Translations under genes and position numbers: made by a program
The notes under the pieces: model-generated
The model's database searches: none
What the model was told of the DNA's origin: nothing
Seen by the model: only the letters and a program-made list of their open reading frames with translations
In this document: in pieces, positions 11,406 to 23,814 of the stretch
How the letters are laid out: the number at the start of each line of letters is the position of its first letter
How positions within the stretch are numbered: the first letter of the stretch is position 1
Assembly: GCF_001194135.2 (NCBI RefSeq)
Contig: NC_068986.1
Coordinates: 109,127,894-109,174,912, forward strand
DNA length: 47,019 bases
Reading direction: 5' to 3'
DNA from: Octopus bimaculoides
Taxonomy: Eukaryota

Positions 11406-12846
11406 AAAATGGCAAAAAATCATATATTAATTAATATCGATTAATTACCAGGAAGCTAGCACATTTAAAGAATCAAAGAGATTCAGAAACAGTATCTGCA
11501 ATCTCCGGGGATTAAAGTACATTTTTATATATGACGTTGACCACTAACGTGGACATTTAATGTGCTAGAAATAGATCACATCTTGTGTCTAAAAAGACCT
11601 AAATTGTTCTCAACATGAAATATAGTGTGATACCAAAACGTAAGTGGGCAAGACATTTAAAATCACCGAAAAGGAACATTATTAAACAGGTACCGGTTTC
11701 AAATTCAACAATCTTACCGACTGTATTTCTCTTCAGCCTGATAATCATCAGAACCCCATACAAAGTTGCCCACCGCCATAAGTGCGTGTGTATATGGTTC
11801 TGCTAATTACAGTTTAATGGTAAAATTCAAGTCTTCATTTTGGCGTGCTAATTCCAGGAATATGTCTGCAGAGAATATTAACTGCGTCGCATATATCCAG
11901 TATGAGAACTCTCATACCACCTCATACCATGCTTGGAATACTTTTTATCACAGGTCTGCTGGATCAGAGCAGACCTAGGGCTAAACAACAATAGCAACTA
12001 ACAGCAAAATCATACATGTGTTGATACTTCTGTCACCCAACATGCTAAAAATAACAGTTACATTTTTCATCTATACCTACATTTTGTCATGAAATTAATC
12101 CATAGAAATTTTGAAAAACAAACATCATTTTAATTAACATGCAATATATTTGAATATAATACAAATGAAACATATAAATGGGACAGTCATGGGTGGAGCA
12201 CCTTTGATCACAGGTCTACTGCATCAGAACTGACACTGGACATGTCCGCATGTGTCTGTATACACATTTGTGCCTGCTGGCCCTACTTACACACTTATAC
12301 AAATCCACGCATGCACCAAGGAACCCTGCCTATTATTTCCTAGTTTGAAAATCTATTCCAAAGTTGAAAACAGTTTTTAGTATTAGGGTATTTTCACTGC
12401 TATTTTGTTCACTGTTCCATATAACACCGATAGGGTTATATAAACAGCATCCAGGCTGAGTTGAAGGGTTTTCAGGAATATTATTACCCTAATACTTTAT
12501 CTGGGAATTATTTTTATTGGTAACACTACAAGCGAAAGGCAAAGTCATACGTGATGTAAAGTGAGATAGCTTGCTCTTATCTAAATACTGTAACTTAATT
12601 TTGTTTGGCAACCAGTTTTGTTACACCAAATTGATATACACATCTATTCATTCATTCAATCAGTCCTTTTATGTTTGTTTTGCCAAGCTATGAATAGACA
12701 TTGGGGTTTAGTTTTACAGCCAGATACCCTTCTTGTTGTTAACCCTTAGCCGTTTTTCAAGTAATGAATATTTTTTTATTCTACGCATTTTTAAAAGTGC
12801 ACAACTACAAGGGTATTTTCTTAGTAGGGAATGTCAACACATTGTA

Positions 12847-13009
12847 GGTGCAGGAGTGGCTGTGTGGTAAGTAGCTTGCTTACCAACCACATGGTTTCGG
12901 GTTCAGTCCCACTGCATGGCACCTTGGGCAAGTGTCTTCTACTATAGCCTCGGGCCAACTAAAGCCTTGTGAGTGGATCTGGTAGACGGAAACTGAAAGA
13001 AGCCTGTCG

Positions 13010-13094
<85 letters not shown>

Positions 13095-13306
13095 ATGTGC
13101 ATGTATATGTTTGTGTGTCTGTGTTTGTCCCCCCCAACTTCGCTTGACAACCGATGCTGGTGTGTTTACATCCCCGTAACTTAGCGGTTCGGCAAAAGAG
13201 ACCAATAGAATAAGTACTAGGCTTACAAAGAATAAGTCCTGGGGCTGATCTGTTCAACTAAAGGCGGTGTTCCAGCATGGCCACAGTCAAATGACTAAAA
13301 CAAGTA
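12847..13306 (+). mobile_element. SINE family B, full length (tRNA-derived head, CORE-like block, internal (TG)n, 3' half)
   Basis: A-box-like TGGCTGTGTGG, B-box-like GGTTCAGTCCC, CORE-like CCTTGGGCAAGTGTCTT. Confidence 0.85.
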
Positions 13307-13559
13307 GTGTGTGTGTGAGAGATGGGGAGGGAGAGAGGAGAGCCAGAAGAGAGGGAGATAGATAGACAAGTATATAAGCTGGTACATATATGTATCTTTG
13401 CATGTATATCAGTGCATAGCTATACATGCATATATATACACACATACATATAATCATCCACGCTCACACTCATGTATATTATATAAATGAAATAGACAAA
13501 CAACTAAGAAAGTCCGTAAATAGAAATGACCTTTACAATACCTGCAAACAATTATATGT

Positions 13560-13638
<79 letters not shown>

Positions 13639-14222
13639 NNNNNNNNNNNNNNNNNNNNNNNNNNNNNNNNNNNNNNNNNNNNNNNNNNNNNNNNNNNNNN
13701 NNNNNNNNNNNNNNNNNNNNNNNNNNNNNNNNNNNNNNNNNNNNNNNNNNNNNNNNNNNNNNNNNNNNNNNNNNNNNNNNNNNNNNNNNNNNNNNNNNNN
13801 NNNNNNNNNNNNNNNNNNNNNNNNNNNNNNNNNNNNNNNNNNNNNNNNNNNNNNNNNNNNNNNNNNNNNNNNNNNNNNNNNNNNNNNNNNNNNNNNNNNN
13901 NNNNNNNNNNNNNNNNNNNNNNNNNNNNNNNNNNNNNNNNNNNNNNNNNNNNNNNNNNNNNNNNNNNNNNNNNNNNNNNNNNNNNNNNNNNNNNNNNNNN
14001 NNNNNNNNNNNNNNNNNNNNNNNNNNNNNNNNNNNNNNNNNNNNNNNNNNNNNNNNNNNNNNNNNNNNNNNNNNNNNNNNNNNNNNNNNNNNNNNNNNNN
14101 NNNNNNNNNNNNNNNNNNNNNNNNNNNNNNNNNNNNNNNNNNNNNNNNNNNNNNNNNNNNNNNNNNNNNNNNNNNNNNNNNNNNNNNNNNNNNNNNNNNN
14201 NNNNNNNNNNNNNNNNNNNNNN
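13639..14222. other. Assembly gap after a (GA)n run
   Basis: N run. Confidence 1.
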
Positions 14223-14239
14223 TTATTATCAATCAACAC

Positions 14240-14372
14240 AGCTGGCAGAATCGTTAGCATGCTGAGCAAAATGCTTAGCAGTATTTCATCTGTCTTTACG
14301 TCCTGAGTTCAAATTCCACTGATGTCAACTTTGCCTTTCATCCGTTTGGGGTTGATAAAATAAGTACCAGTT
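14240..14372 (+). mobile_element. SINE family C (tRNA-derived head), partial
   Basis: TGGCAGAATCGTTAGC...GAGTTCAAATTCC...TTTGCCTTTCATCC...TAAGTACCAG. Confidence 0.8.
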
Positions 14373-14419
14373 TAGTAGCTGTACATACGTATATACATAC
14401 ATACATGTAATCAACCATC

Positions 14420-14868
14420 TTTCTCTCCTTCTCCTGCACTTCCCTCAGGTTGGGTAACCATGGATCTCCTTTGCAGCAGCACAACTGTTTTGATCTTCAT
14501 TCTTGATCATTCTCTCTTTCTGACCGGATAACCTTCTACTTCCTCTACTGCAAGGCACCTGTTTCTGTCTCTGTCTCACTACAACCTTTCATCGACTGAC
14601 ACAAGATCATCTCCTCTAATGCTCCCTCCTCTCTCAAAAGATTGTTTTATCTTGCAAGGTACTCAGTGACCCTGTCAGTGCAGGTGCCACTCAAAAGCAT
14701 CCAGTCCACACTATAAAGTGGTTGGTGTTAGGAAGGGCATCTGGCTGTAAAAATCCTGCCAAAACAGTTACTGAAGTCTGGTGCAGGTTTCTGCTTGGCC
14801 GGCTCCTGTCAAACAGTCCCATCCATGCCAGCATGGAGGGTAGACGCTAAACGATGATGATGATGTTG
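14420..14868 (+). mobile_element. RTE LINE 3' UTR plus family A tail
   Basis: CAAGGCACCTGTTTCTGTC block, then GGTTGGTGTTAGGAAGGGCATC...AAACGATGATGATG. Confidence 0.65.
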
Positions 14869-15089
14869 AACGATAATGAGTACTGGGGTTGAAATAATCG
14901 ATTTACCCTCTCCCCTGAAACTGCTGGATTTGCGTCAAAATTTGAAATCATTATTAATCAATAAACTTTAGAAAGTAAAATAAGTATTCATACATTCTAT
15001 TGTTTGTATCACCAGACCTATACATATACATCATCATCATCATCATCATCATCGTTTAACAGCCATCTTCCATGCATACATGGGTAGGA

Positions 15090-15744
15090 CGGTTGATAGA
15101 AGCCAGCCAGGAGAGGGGTGTATAAACTGCACACAAGTGCACAAAGGGTTTAGATGTTTCCAAGATGGCCAAAAAAATGTCAATATTGATGGATGTTCTG
15201 GGAGACCCACAACCAGCAGGACTGAGAAAAACATCACAGATGTGCGAGCAGCTCTGAGGGGAAATCATCGAATCACCACCCGTGAGTTATGAGAGGATGT
15301 GTCAGATTAATTACAGTTCAGTCCAGGCCAGTATCGCTGAAGATTTCGGAATGAGATGCGTGTCTGCCAAGATTGTGCCAAAACTGCTTTCATTTAACCA
15401 AAAAGACACTCGGGTTTCAGTTGAATAAAATCTCTTTGATTGTGTCAAGAACGATGAAAACTTTTTGAAAACCTTGCGTAGGCTTCTGAACAGGTAACAC
15501 CAAGCTTTTGGCAAAATTTGATGCAGATTCTGTGCTCAACTTTCTCTGTCATGGTCAATGAGATGAACACACGCTACACAAGTTACTTCCAAGCACTGAT
15601 GGAAACAGGGAAAGTGAGCTAGAATATTAAAACTGTGCATGCACAGCAGAGTTCAAGATCAATCTGTGCCAAACAGCTTCACTCTGCGTGCTATAGTTTC
15701 ATTACTATGGCAACAGTCCAGGCACTTACTGATCAAACCACGTA
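15090..15744 (+). mobile_element. Mariner-family transposon relic (N-terminal HTH region, internal deletion, right TIR-like end)
   Basis: Decayed translation QVHKGFRCFQDGQKNVNIDGCSGRPTTSRTEKN...RITTREL...GMRCVSAKIVPKLLSFNQK (mariner HTH and WVPHEL-equivalent motif); ends GATCAAACCACG-TA. Confidence 0.85.
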
Positions 15745-15766
15745 TAACCCTAACTTACATGAATGT

Positions 15767-17156
15767 ATGTGCACCTAGTGCAAGGGATGGACACATATGA
15801 GGTGCAGTGGAATCATAGGAAGGTTAACAAAGAAAGTAATCTTTGCGTGTGGCAGACATGCAGAAACAATAGACACTAAGAACTCATAGGAAATGGATCT
15901 CCTCAAATGTCCATGAGGATCCTTAGAGGTAGTCTACAGTTTCCATTACTCAAGTGACCAAACTGGCAGTGAAGGAGGATGCTCTAAAAGTGTGGTTGTC
16001 AGAAGAACTGATTGGGCAAAGTTCAACAAGTTGTTACCTTTGTTGGTAAGAAAGAGCCTCTTCCTCAAAGTGAAAGGCAGGTTGTATAAAGCCTATGTGC
16101 AAACAGCTATGCAGCATGGTAGTGAAGCATGGGCTGTGAATGCAGAGGAAATGCAAGGGCTCAAAAGAAATTATGCCAGCATGCTCTGCAAGGTGTGATG
16201 ATGTCACTGTGCATGTATGACAAAATGTGTGCTGAGAGGAAAATTGGATATAAGGGGCCTCAAATGTAGTGTGCAAGAGAGAAAACTGCATTGGTATGGT
16301 CATGTGATGCATACGAAGGTAGTTGCATAAAGAAATGCTGATCCCTAAATATGGAGGAAACTCGCAGAAGAGGAATACGCAGGAAGATGCGAGATTAAGT
16401 GGTAGAAAATGACCATCAGATCTTGAACCTCGCAGGGATGACAAAGAATCAAGATGAGTGGTGATTTGCTGTGCTTGAGGGGACATGCCCAGCTAAGTAA
16501 AACTGAGACCATAAAGGGATAACTTTTATGTCCATGCCCCTGCACACAATTTGTCCCTAACAAACATCTCCCTCACATCCTGTTTTCTTAACACCTCCTC
16601 CTCCATCAACCATGCTCACCACTTCCCCCTCTATCTCCCACTCCTCCTCACAAACCTAACCCTGACCCTAATATATCCCTGTTGAATCTTTTCCCCCCAC
16701 AATATATCCTTCAAAGAACCCTTCCTTCTACCTGTGTCCATTCACTACATTCCCCACTCCCCTCTATCTCCCACTCTCCCTTCACATCCTCGAAAGCTTA
16801 CCCACCCACTCACTCTAGCCAACCCCTGGTCCCCTTTACAGTATACATCTCCCTGGGGCAGCCATGTATCTCCTCTACAACAAGACACCTGTTTCTGTCC
16901 CTCTTTTCATATTCTTAATTTCTCATCTCCTGGCAAAAAGCCACCATCCTCATACTACTCCCCACACGATTAAGGGGTCTTGTCCTGCAAAGTTACTTGG
17001 TAACCTTACTGCTGAGTTGTTGACATTAGGAAGGGTATCCAGCTGTAGAGACCAACCAAAGCAGACGGCAGAGCTTCATGCAGTCTTCTTACTGGTCAGC
17101 TCCTGTCAATTCATCCAACCCATGCCAGCAAGGAAAGAGGACATTAAATGGTGACG

Positions 17157-17187
<31 letters not shown>

Positions 17188-17190
17188 TGG
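15767..17190 (+). mobile_element. RTE-clade LINE, 5'-truncated (ORF2 C-terminus, C/T-rich 3' UTR, family A tail)
   Basis: WAKFNKLLPLL...KVKGRLYKAYVQTAMQHGSEAWAV...QERKLHWYGHVM with stops and frameshifts; ends GGACATTAAATGGTGACGGTGACGACGAC. Confidence 0.85.
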
Positions 17191-17894
17191 TGGTGTTGGT
17201 GGTGGTGGTATATATTTACATATATTTGTTTGCCCTATATCTTTCTCCATTGAATTCTTTGTCTTCTTTGCCTCAATGAAAGAAGATAAGGAACTATTTT
17301 CCAATTCACTTCAACTGTCTGTTTTACATTTGCTCAACCAAATTCTTCCTATGCGTTTATGCTATCTATAATGATACACATACATATGTATGTATGTATA
17401 TATATAGCATTATACACACACACAACAACATGCATATACATACATACATACATACATACACACTCTCATACATATGTAGATATTTTTATGTATTCTTTTG
17501 CATTCTTTAGGAATAGAATTATTTCTAAAGAATTCTTGATATAGTTTTATTTAATTTTCTTTTTTTTTTTTTATTTGTTTGTAGGAATGTATTTATTCGT
17601 GTATCTAATAATAAATAATAATTACCAGCTGTATAAAATGTATGAGTCTGTGTGTGTGTGTGTGTGTGTTTTGAACTTATGATATCTGTAACAGCTTGAT
17701 ATCTTTTGTTTCGCATTAGATTCCACCACCAACACCAACAACACAAAACACTTTTTTTTAAATAAGAACTTCATATATTACATTTTCTTAATATTTTGAA
17801 ATAATATTTATGGCTCCGCAGGTCATTGGTGCATGGGGGGGGGAATGAAGAGACAATGAGGACATCACACACACACACACACAAATTTACTTAT

Positions 17895-18056
17895 GGGCAC
17901 AGGCATGGCTCTGTGGTAAGAAACTTGCTTCCCAACCACAGGATTCCAGGTTCAATCCCACACCATGGCACCTTGGGCAGGTGTCTTCTACTATAGCCTC
18001 AGGCCAACCAAACCCTTGTAAGTGGATTGCGCTAGATGGAAACTGAAAGAAGCCCG

Positions 18057-18092
<36 letters not shown>

Positions 18093-18195
18093 CTCCCACC
18101 ACTGCTCGACAACCAGTGATGGTGTGTTTATGTTCCTGTAACTTAGCAGTTTAGCAAAAGAGATTAATGAATAAGTACCAGACCTAAAAAAAACC
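17895..18195 (+). mobile_element. SINE family B
   Basis: Head, CCTTGGGCAGGTGTCTTCTACTATAGCC, (TG)n, 3' half. Confidence 0.8.
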
Positions 18196-18212
18196 CAAAC
18201 GAATAAAGTACT

Positions 18213-18365
18213 ACGGAGTGGTTGGCGTTAGGAAGGGCATCCAGCTGTAGAAACATTGCTGGATCAGATTGGAGCCTGGTGCAGCCTCCTGGCTTTCCAG
18301 AACTCAGTCAAGCTGTCCAACCCATGCCAGCATGGAAAACAGATGTTAAACGATGACGATGATGA
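18213..18365 (+). mobile_element. Family A tail copy
   Basis: GGAGTGGTTGGCGTTAGGAAGGGCATCC...AAACGATGACGATGATGAT. Confidence 0.8.
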
Positions 18366-18710
18366 TCTATAACATTATGAAGATAGTCATTGTTTCTGAG
18401 AATTCCCAATAAGCCATTACGATTCAATGACTCCAAAGGCTTTAGTGAAGTCAATGCTGCAATGACAGAGGCTGAATATCTGCTGAATGTATTTCTTTTG
18501 TAGTTGACAAACTGAAAATATCAGGTCATTAGTTCCTCAACCAGCACAAAAAAAAATCTGATTGCTACTGGAGAGGAAGTGATTATTCCAAAATTTTCAG
18601 TGGGTTTATCAAGAATTGGTCTGCTCTATATTTTCCCTTCAAAAATGTGAGGGGGAAAAGCCTTGAATATTAGCAGATATGTCTTCATATCAGACTTTAC
18701 TGTGTTGAGT

Positions 18711-19097
18711 GGAGGCGCAATGGCCCAGTGGTTAGGGCAGCGGACTCGCGGTCATAGGATTGCGGTTTCGATTCCCAGACCAGGCGTTGTGAGTGTTGAT
18801 TGAGCGAAAACACCTAAAGCTCCACGAGGCTCCGGCAGGGGATGGTGGCGAACCCTGCTGTACTCTTCCACCACAACTTTCTCTCACTCTTACTTCCTGT
18901 TTCTGTTGTACCTGTAATTCAAAAGGGTCAGCCTTGTCACACTGTGTCACGCTGAATATCCCCGAGAACTACGTTAAAGGTACACGTGTCTGTGGAGTGC
19001 TCAGCCACTTGCACGTTAATTTCACGAGCAGGCTGTTCCGTTAATCGTATCAACTGGAACCCTCGACGTTGTAAGCAATGGAGTGACAACAACAACA
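18711..19097 (+). mobile_element. SINE family D, full length, tRNA(Arg)-like head, (CAA)n tail
   Basis: A box TGGCCCAGTGG, B-box-like GGTTTCGATTCCC; head resembles eukaryotic tRNA-Arg; CpG-rich (young). Confidence 0.8.
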
Positions 19098-19462
19098 GCG
19101 TATGACTAAACAGGTAAGTTGGAATATTTTTCATCATACATCTGCTCAGTGAAGGCTGACCTGGCCGAGAGAGCAGCAAAAATATCAACAACAACTGTGA
19201 TAATTGAAAGAGGAAGCCTCTATATGGTTGCATAGCTCACTAGAAACAACAGGTGAATCTCCCCTATTACATCCTGTCGCCTTAAAAAAGAAACGATAAT
19301 GTAATAATCCTGGATACAATATATTTGGACAAAAACATGGAAAGGTAACACTTGGAAGTTCTTCAATCGTCGGTCAGTCGAATCAGATGCTGACCTGGGG
19401 TTAAGTGATAAGTAGGGATCAATAGGAATGGAAAAATTTACTTTCCAACATCAGTTTCCTCA

Positions 19463-19830
19463 TATCATCATCATCATCATCATCGTTTAACGTCCGCTTT
19501 CCATGCTAGCATGGGTTGGACGATTTGACTGAGGACTGGTGAAACCGGATGGCTACACCAGACTTCAATCCGATCTGGCAGAGTTTCTACAGCTGGATGC
19601 CCTTCCTAACACCAACCGCTCTGAGAGTGTAGTGGGTGCTTTTACGTGCCACTAGCATCAATGCCAGTCAGGCGGTACTGGCAACGGCCATGCTCAAAAT
19701 GGTGTATTTTATGTGCCACCCGCACAAGGGTCAGTCCAGGGGCACTGGCAACGATCTCACTCAAAAGTCCTTACACATGCCACGGGCACAAGTGCCAGAA
19801 AGGCGACACTGGGCACAGGTGCCATGATGA
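19463..19830 (-). mobile_element. Family A copy
   Basis: Near-identical to 9820-10125 and 30362-30725. Confidence 0.85.
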
Positions 19831-20532
19831 TTTCACTTTTGCTTGCCCCAATAGGTCTTCACAAGCTGAGTTTCATGTCCATAAAATTCGAAAACATTTT
19901 GGTATTTAAGGGAGCCACATCATAGTCACCTGGCCTGCTAGAGATAACAGCTAAGACAGGAAACATAGGTAATGTAGACCTTGATGCCTCTGAAAAGACA
20001 AGATGGTCATGGCTGGAATGTCTTTGATCATGGCTTTGCTCAGTCAAGGCTGATATGGATTTAGAAACTTACTCTAATCTACATATAAACTAAAATCGGA
20101 TTGTTACATAACAAATAGTACAATATTATATTTAAATAAAAAAAAACAACACAACAACCTAAAGTACATAGTAATTTAGAGGGGTCAATGTGAAGTGGTG
20201 ACCTTTATTTGAAATAGTCTTGATTAATTAAAAGTTATCATTGCTCACCACATTAAGTATGAGAACACTTCACTTTTTATTTGAATAGTTGTAGAAGCCA
20301 TTCAGGTCAGCTGCAAGTGCTGGTTTGTTTATTTTCACAATAGAACTGATATATTTCTTACAGTTTGGGAACCATCCTCATTCGCTACACATTATTGTTT
20401 GTTTAACGAGCTTCATGTAGGAGGATACTGCGTAAATGTCACTGTGTGTGCAAATGTGCATACATGTACATATGTATATTATGTATGTTTGTATATAATG
20501 AATTTGGATCAGTGCCAGTGTGGTGCGTTTAC

Positions 20533-20571
<39 letters not shown>

Positions 20572-21067
20572 CATACACACATATATACAGATACATAAAT
20601 CCACATACACATGCACCCACAGAAATCCACAAACTTATATAGCTACAAACCCACAACATCCCCCCTCCCCTAGTGGTTGGATTTTGTAGGTTTGTAGCTC
20701 AATCCATGATCTCCTACCTGGCTGGCATTGGACTCGGGAAGGTCATTGGAGCAGAGATTCATAAACTGAAGAAGGAAGCAGAAAATGCTTCATCATGAAT
20801 AAAGCAGGTGGGTGTGAGAGGAAGAGAAAAGCTGAGACCAAAGAATAATCCACTCAGGAATTCTGTTGGAATAATCACAGCTACACTTGGTTTGGTATAA
20901 TGGTGGCATGAATAAATAAAGAAATAAAAGGAAGCCATGTTACAGTGTGGAACAAATGAACCAGAACATTCCCTGGTAGCAGAAGATACCAAAACTATTG
21001 TGACCTTCAGTCAACGGCTGAAGAAGGGTGAAAGCTGTATGTAAAATATATATACATATCAATATTT

Positions 21068-21448
21068 AGAAAATTACTATTTTTAAATCTCACAATGTGA
21101 GATATTCAGTAACTGTACTTTGTAGTAAAGATTGTTTGCCAACATAACATGGTAGTCCTGGTTTAGGACGAATGCTGCTGTAATTTAGCCCCAGGAGACA
21201 TCGTCTCCAGCTGGCTATACGACACGATCTGTGTCCTTGTATTTTCGAACAGTCAGCTCTTCAGACTGAGAGAAGTTCAGAGAACCATTGCTTCTGTTAT
21301 CAGAAGAGGATAGATTCCCTTGTTCGAAAATATAAGGACACAGATCGTGTCGTATAACCAGCTGGAGACGATGTCTCCTGGGGCTAAAATTACAGCAACA
21401 TTAGTCCTAAACCAGGACTGCCATGTTATGTTGGCAAACAATCTTTAC
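21068..21448. mobile_element. Fold-back insertion: ~127-bp inverted arms around a captured 60-bp local sequence
   Basis: Arms 21125-21251 and 21321-21448 (5 substitutions, 1 indel); flanking 14-bp direct repeat ACATATCAATATTT at 21054-21067 and 21449-21462. Confidence 0.75.
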
Positions 21449-21524
21449 ACATATCAATATTTGTTACTTAGCTGTTGTAATGAGCAGAGGAGGTGGGTGT
21501 ACTGTATGCAGAGCAACCAGAGTA

Positions 21525-21960
21525 AGAATGGTTTAGGAAGATGTTGGTCTCTTCTGATAACAGAAGCAATGTCTCCCTGAACTTCTCTCAGGTTGAAGAG
21601 CTGACTGTGTAATGCTGCATGGCAGTGAGGTGGAGGCCTTGAACATGGAACAGTTGTGACAGCTACAAGAAAAACAACATGAAGCAAACATATTCTGTAA
21701 TGTTGGAGGACATGAATAACCTGAGGGAATAATCGGAATAAGACTAAAATATGTAAGAGAGAAGACAGTGTTAATAGTGATATGTGATGCAGATGGAGGG
21801 TGCTCAGTACAGTAGTGTAAACATATAGTGAGCATTCCAAGTGGATGGGACCTGGGTATGAGGTAGATCTAGAAAAACATGGGATGAGATGGAGAAGACT
21901 AATCTCAAGAAACTGTACTTCACAGGAGATGACAAAGAACAACAACAATTGGTGAGATTT
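21525..21960 (+). mobile_element. RTE LINE ORF2 C-terminal relic
   Basis: Decayed LLITEAMS...MLHGSEVEALNMEQL...RKTWDEM pattern, homologous to 16000-16450. Confidence 0.6.
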
Positions 21961-22239
21961 ACAGCAAGAATAGACATGTCTGTCAGTGCAATAATGGCAA
22001 AAACTGTGATTAAAATATTGATGGAAATCATGGAGGTTGGGATATATAAGAATTGGCGAGAGACCCAATAAAGATATGTTTCCATCAACTGACCCCTATG
22101 CTACCATCTGATCTCTCACTCATCCTCTTTCCTATCCACTGTACTATTTCTACCTGTGTAACAAGGGATAGTATTATTCAATCCCTCACATTATCTACCA
22201 TAACTTTCCAGGTTTACTACCATCACCTCTCAAATATTC

Positions 22240-22600
22240 TTTAGTGAAGACTAAAGTTTTAGTAAGTAAGAAAGACAATTTTCTGTAGAAATTCTGTATG
22301 GTGTACTCAGTGTAACATATTGGTGCAGAAGAGGTGTACTGGAATCACAGGTAAGCTAACAAGTTAGAGTTGTGAAGGCTAGAAAGAAATGAAGTGAACA
22401 TGATCAGCTGGATGTATAATGTTGGTGGGAATGAAAGAAGCAGGAACGAAAAGTGGATTTAAGAGGAAACGAAAGAAAAGGCTGGAGACCTTGTAAGACA
22501 AGGAAGAAAGTGATGAAAACCAACTTCAGGACATTGACACCATGGAGATGACAAGGGAGTGCGAAGACTAGTGATATGGACGCTGGAGAGGACAGGTTCA
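22240..22600 (+). mobile_element. RTE LINE ORF2 relic with internal deletions
   Basis: VKTKVLVS...TQCNILVQKRCTGITGKL...RLERNEVNMISWMYNV. Confidence 0.55.
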
Positions 22601-22906
22601 TCTGTCCACGTATGGTGAAGCAAACATCGAAATGATGGTAGTGATTGAGGTGGGGCTCTGCATATGTCTACATAAGGACCTCTTAATTCAACTCTGTTAA
22701 GCTTCCAACTATTTCTCCCAACAAACTCTTTGATGCTCTTTCATCAATCGTTTGTCTATCACACACACAGATCAAACCATATATATATATATATATATAT
22801 ATAGCAAATGAAATATGGAAGATGGAATATATATATATTAGTGAGCCACACTCAAATGGCTCAGCACACATAAGTCACTTCCTCTCTCCCTCTCTCTGAA
22901 TATATA

Positions 22907-23070
22907 TCATCATCATCATCATCATCATCGTTTAACGTCCGCTTTCCATGCTAGCATGGGTTGGACGATTTGACTGAGGACTGGTGAAACCGGATGGCAA
23001 CACCAGGCTCCAGTCTAATTTGGCAGAGTTTCTACAGCTGGATGCCCTTCCTAACGCCAACCACTCAGAT
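22907..23070 (-). mobile_element. Family A tail copy
   Basis: (CAT)n-CGTTTAACGTCCGC...AACGCCAACCACTCAGA. Confidence 0.85.
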
Positions 23071-23450
23071 ATATATATGCGAGTAAAAATAAATACAAAA
23101 AAAGGGGGTTTTGCATGATTGTGTATAGAGGAATATATTATTTTGTTTAAAAGAGTTCCAACACTGTCTGTTTTTTATGTTTTATTTATATTCCTGCAAA
23201 ACCAATGTGGGATATAGAATATGGAATATACAATATATAATATAATATACAATATATAATATAAAATAAAAATGGATGGTACTATGAAATAAAGTATTGA
23301 ATGTCTTTTTGAATATATGGAATATGTCTTATTGAATAGATGAAATATTGAGTGTTCAAAAGGATTAAATATATAAAGGCGAATACGTATTTTCTATACC
23401 TTGTGGTATTTCATCATGGCCGGTATGACACATATATAATATATATATAT

Positions 23451-23814
23451 GGTGCAGGAGTAGCTGTTTGGTAAGAAGCTTGCTTCCCAACCACATGGTT
23501 CCAGGTTCAGTCCCACTGTGTGGCACCTTGGGCAAGTGTCTTCTACTATAGCCTCGGGCTGACCAAAGTCTTGTGAGTGGATTTGGTAGACGGAAACTGA
23601 AAGAAGTCTATCATGTGTGTGTGTGTGTGTGTTTGTCACCCCCCCCCCAACATCGCTTGACAACCGATACTAGTGTGTTTACATCCCTGTAACTTGGCAG
23701 TTTGGCAAAAGAGACTGATAGAATAAGTACTAGGCTTACAGAGAATAAGTCCTGGAGTCAATTTGCTTGGCTAAAGGCCACGGTCAAATGACTGAAACAA
23801 AAGAATAAAAGAAT
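23451..23814 (+). mobile_element. SINE family B, full length
   Basis: Same architecture as 12847-13306; (AAAAGAAT)n tail. Confidence 0.85.

Noticed and set aside
12379-12496. 12-bp inverted repeat with an inner 7-bp hairpin (possible pre-miRNA)
   Set aside because: Arms are too asymmetric and interrupted; more likely a decayed MITE or chance
6219-14306. Long ORFs of 226-517 aa in the track
   Set aside because: They are N-runs plus AT/CA/GA microsatellite translations with no coding information
21018-21040. CTGAAGA-AGGGT-GAAA motif
   Set aside because: No room for stem II, and no valid stem III or stem I
21454-22068. 204-aa minus-strand ORF
   Set aside because: Antisense shadow of a decayed RTE relic; no recognisable domain
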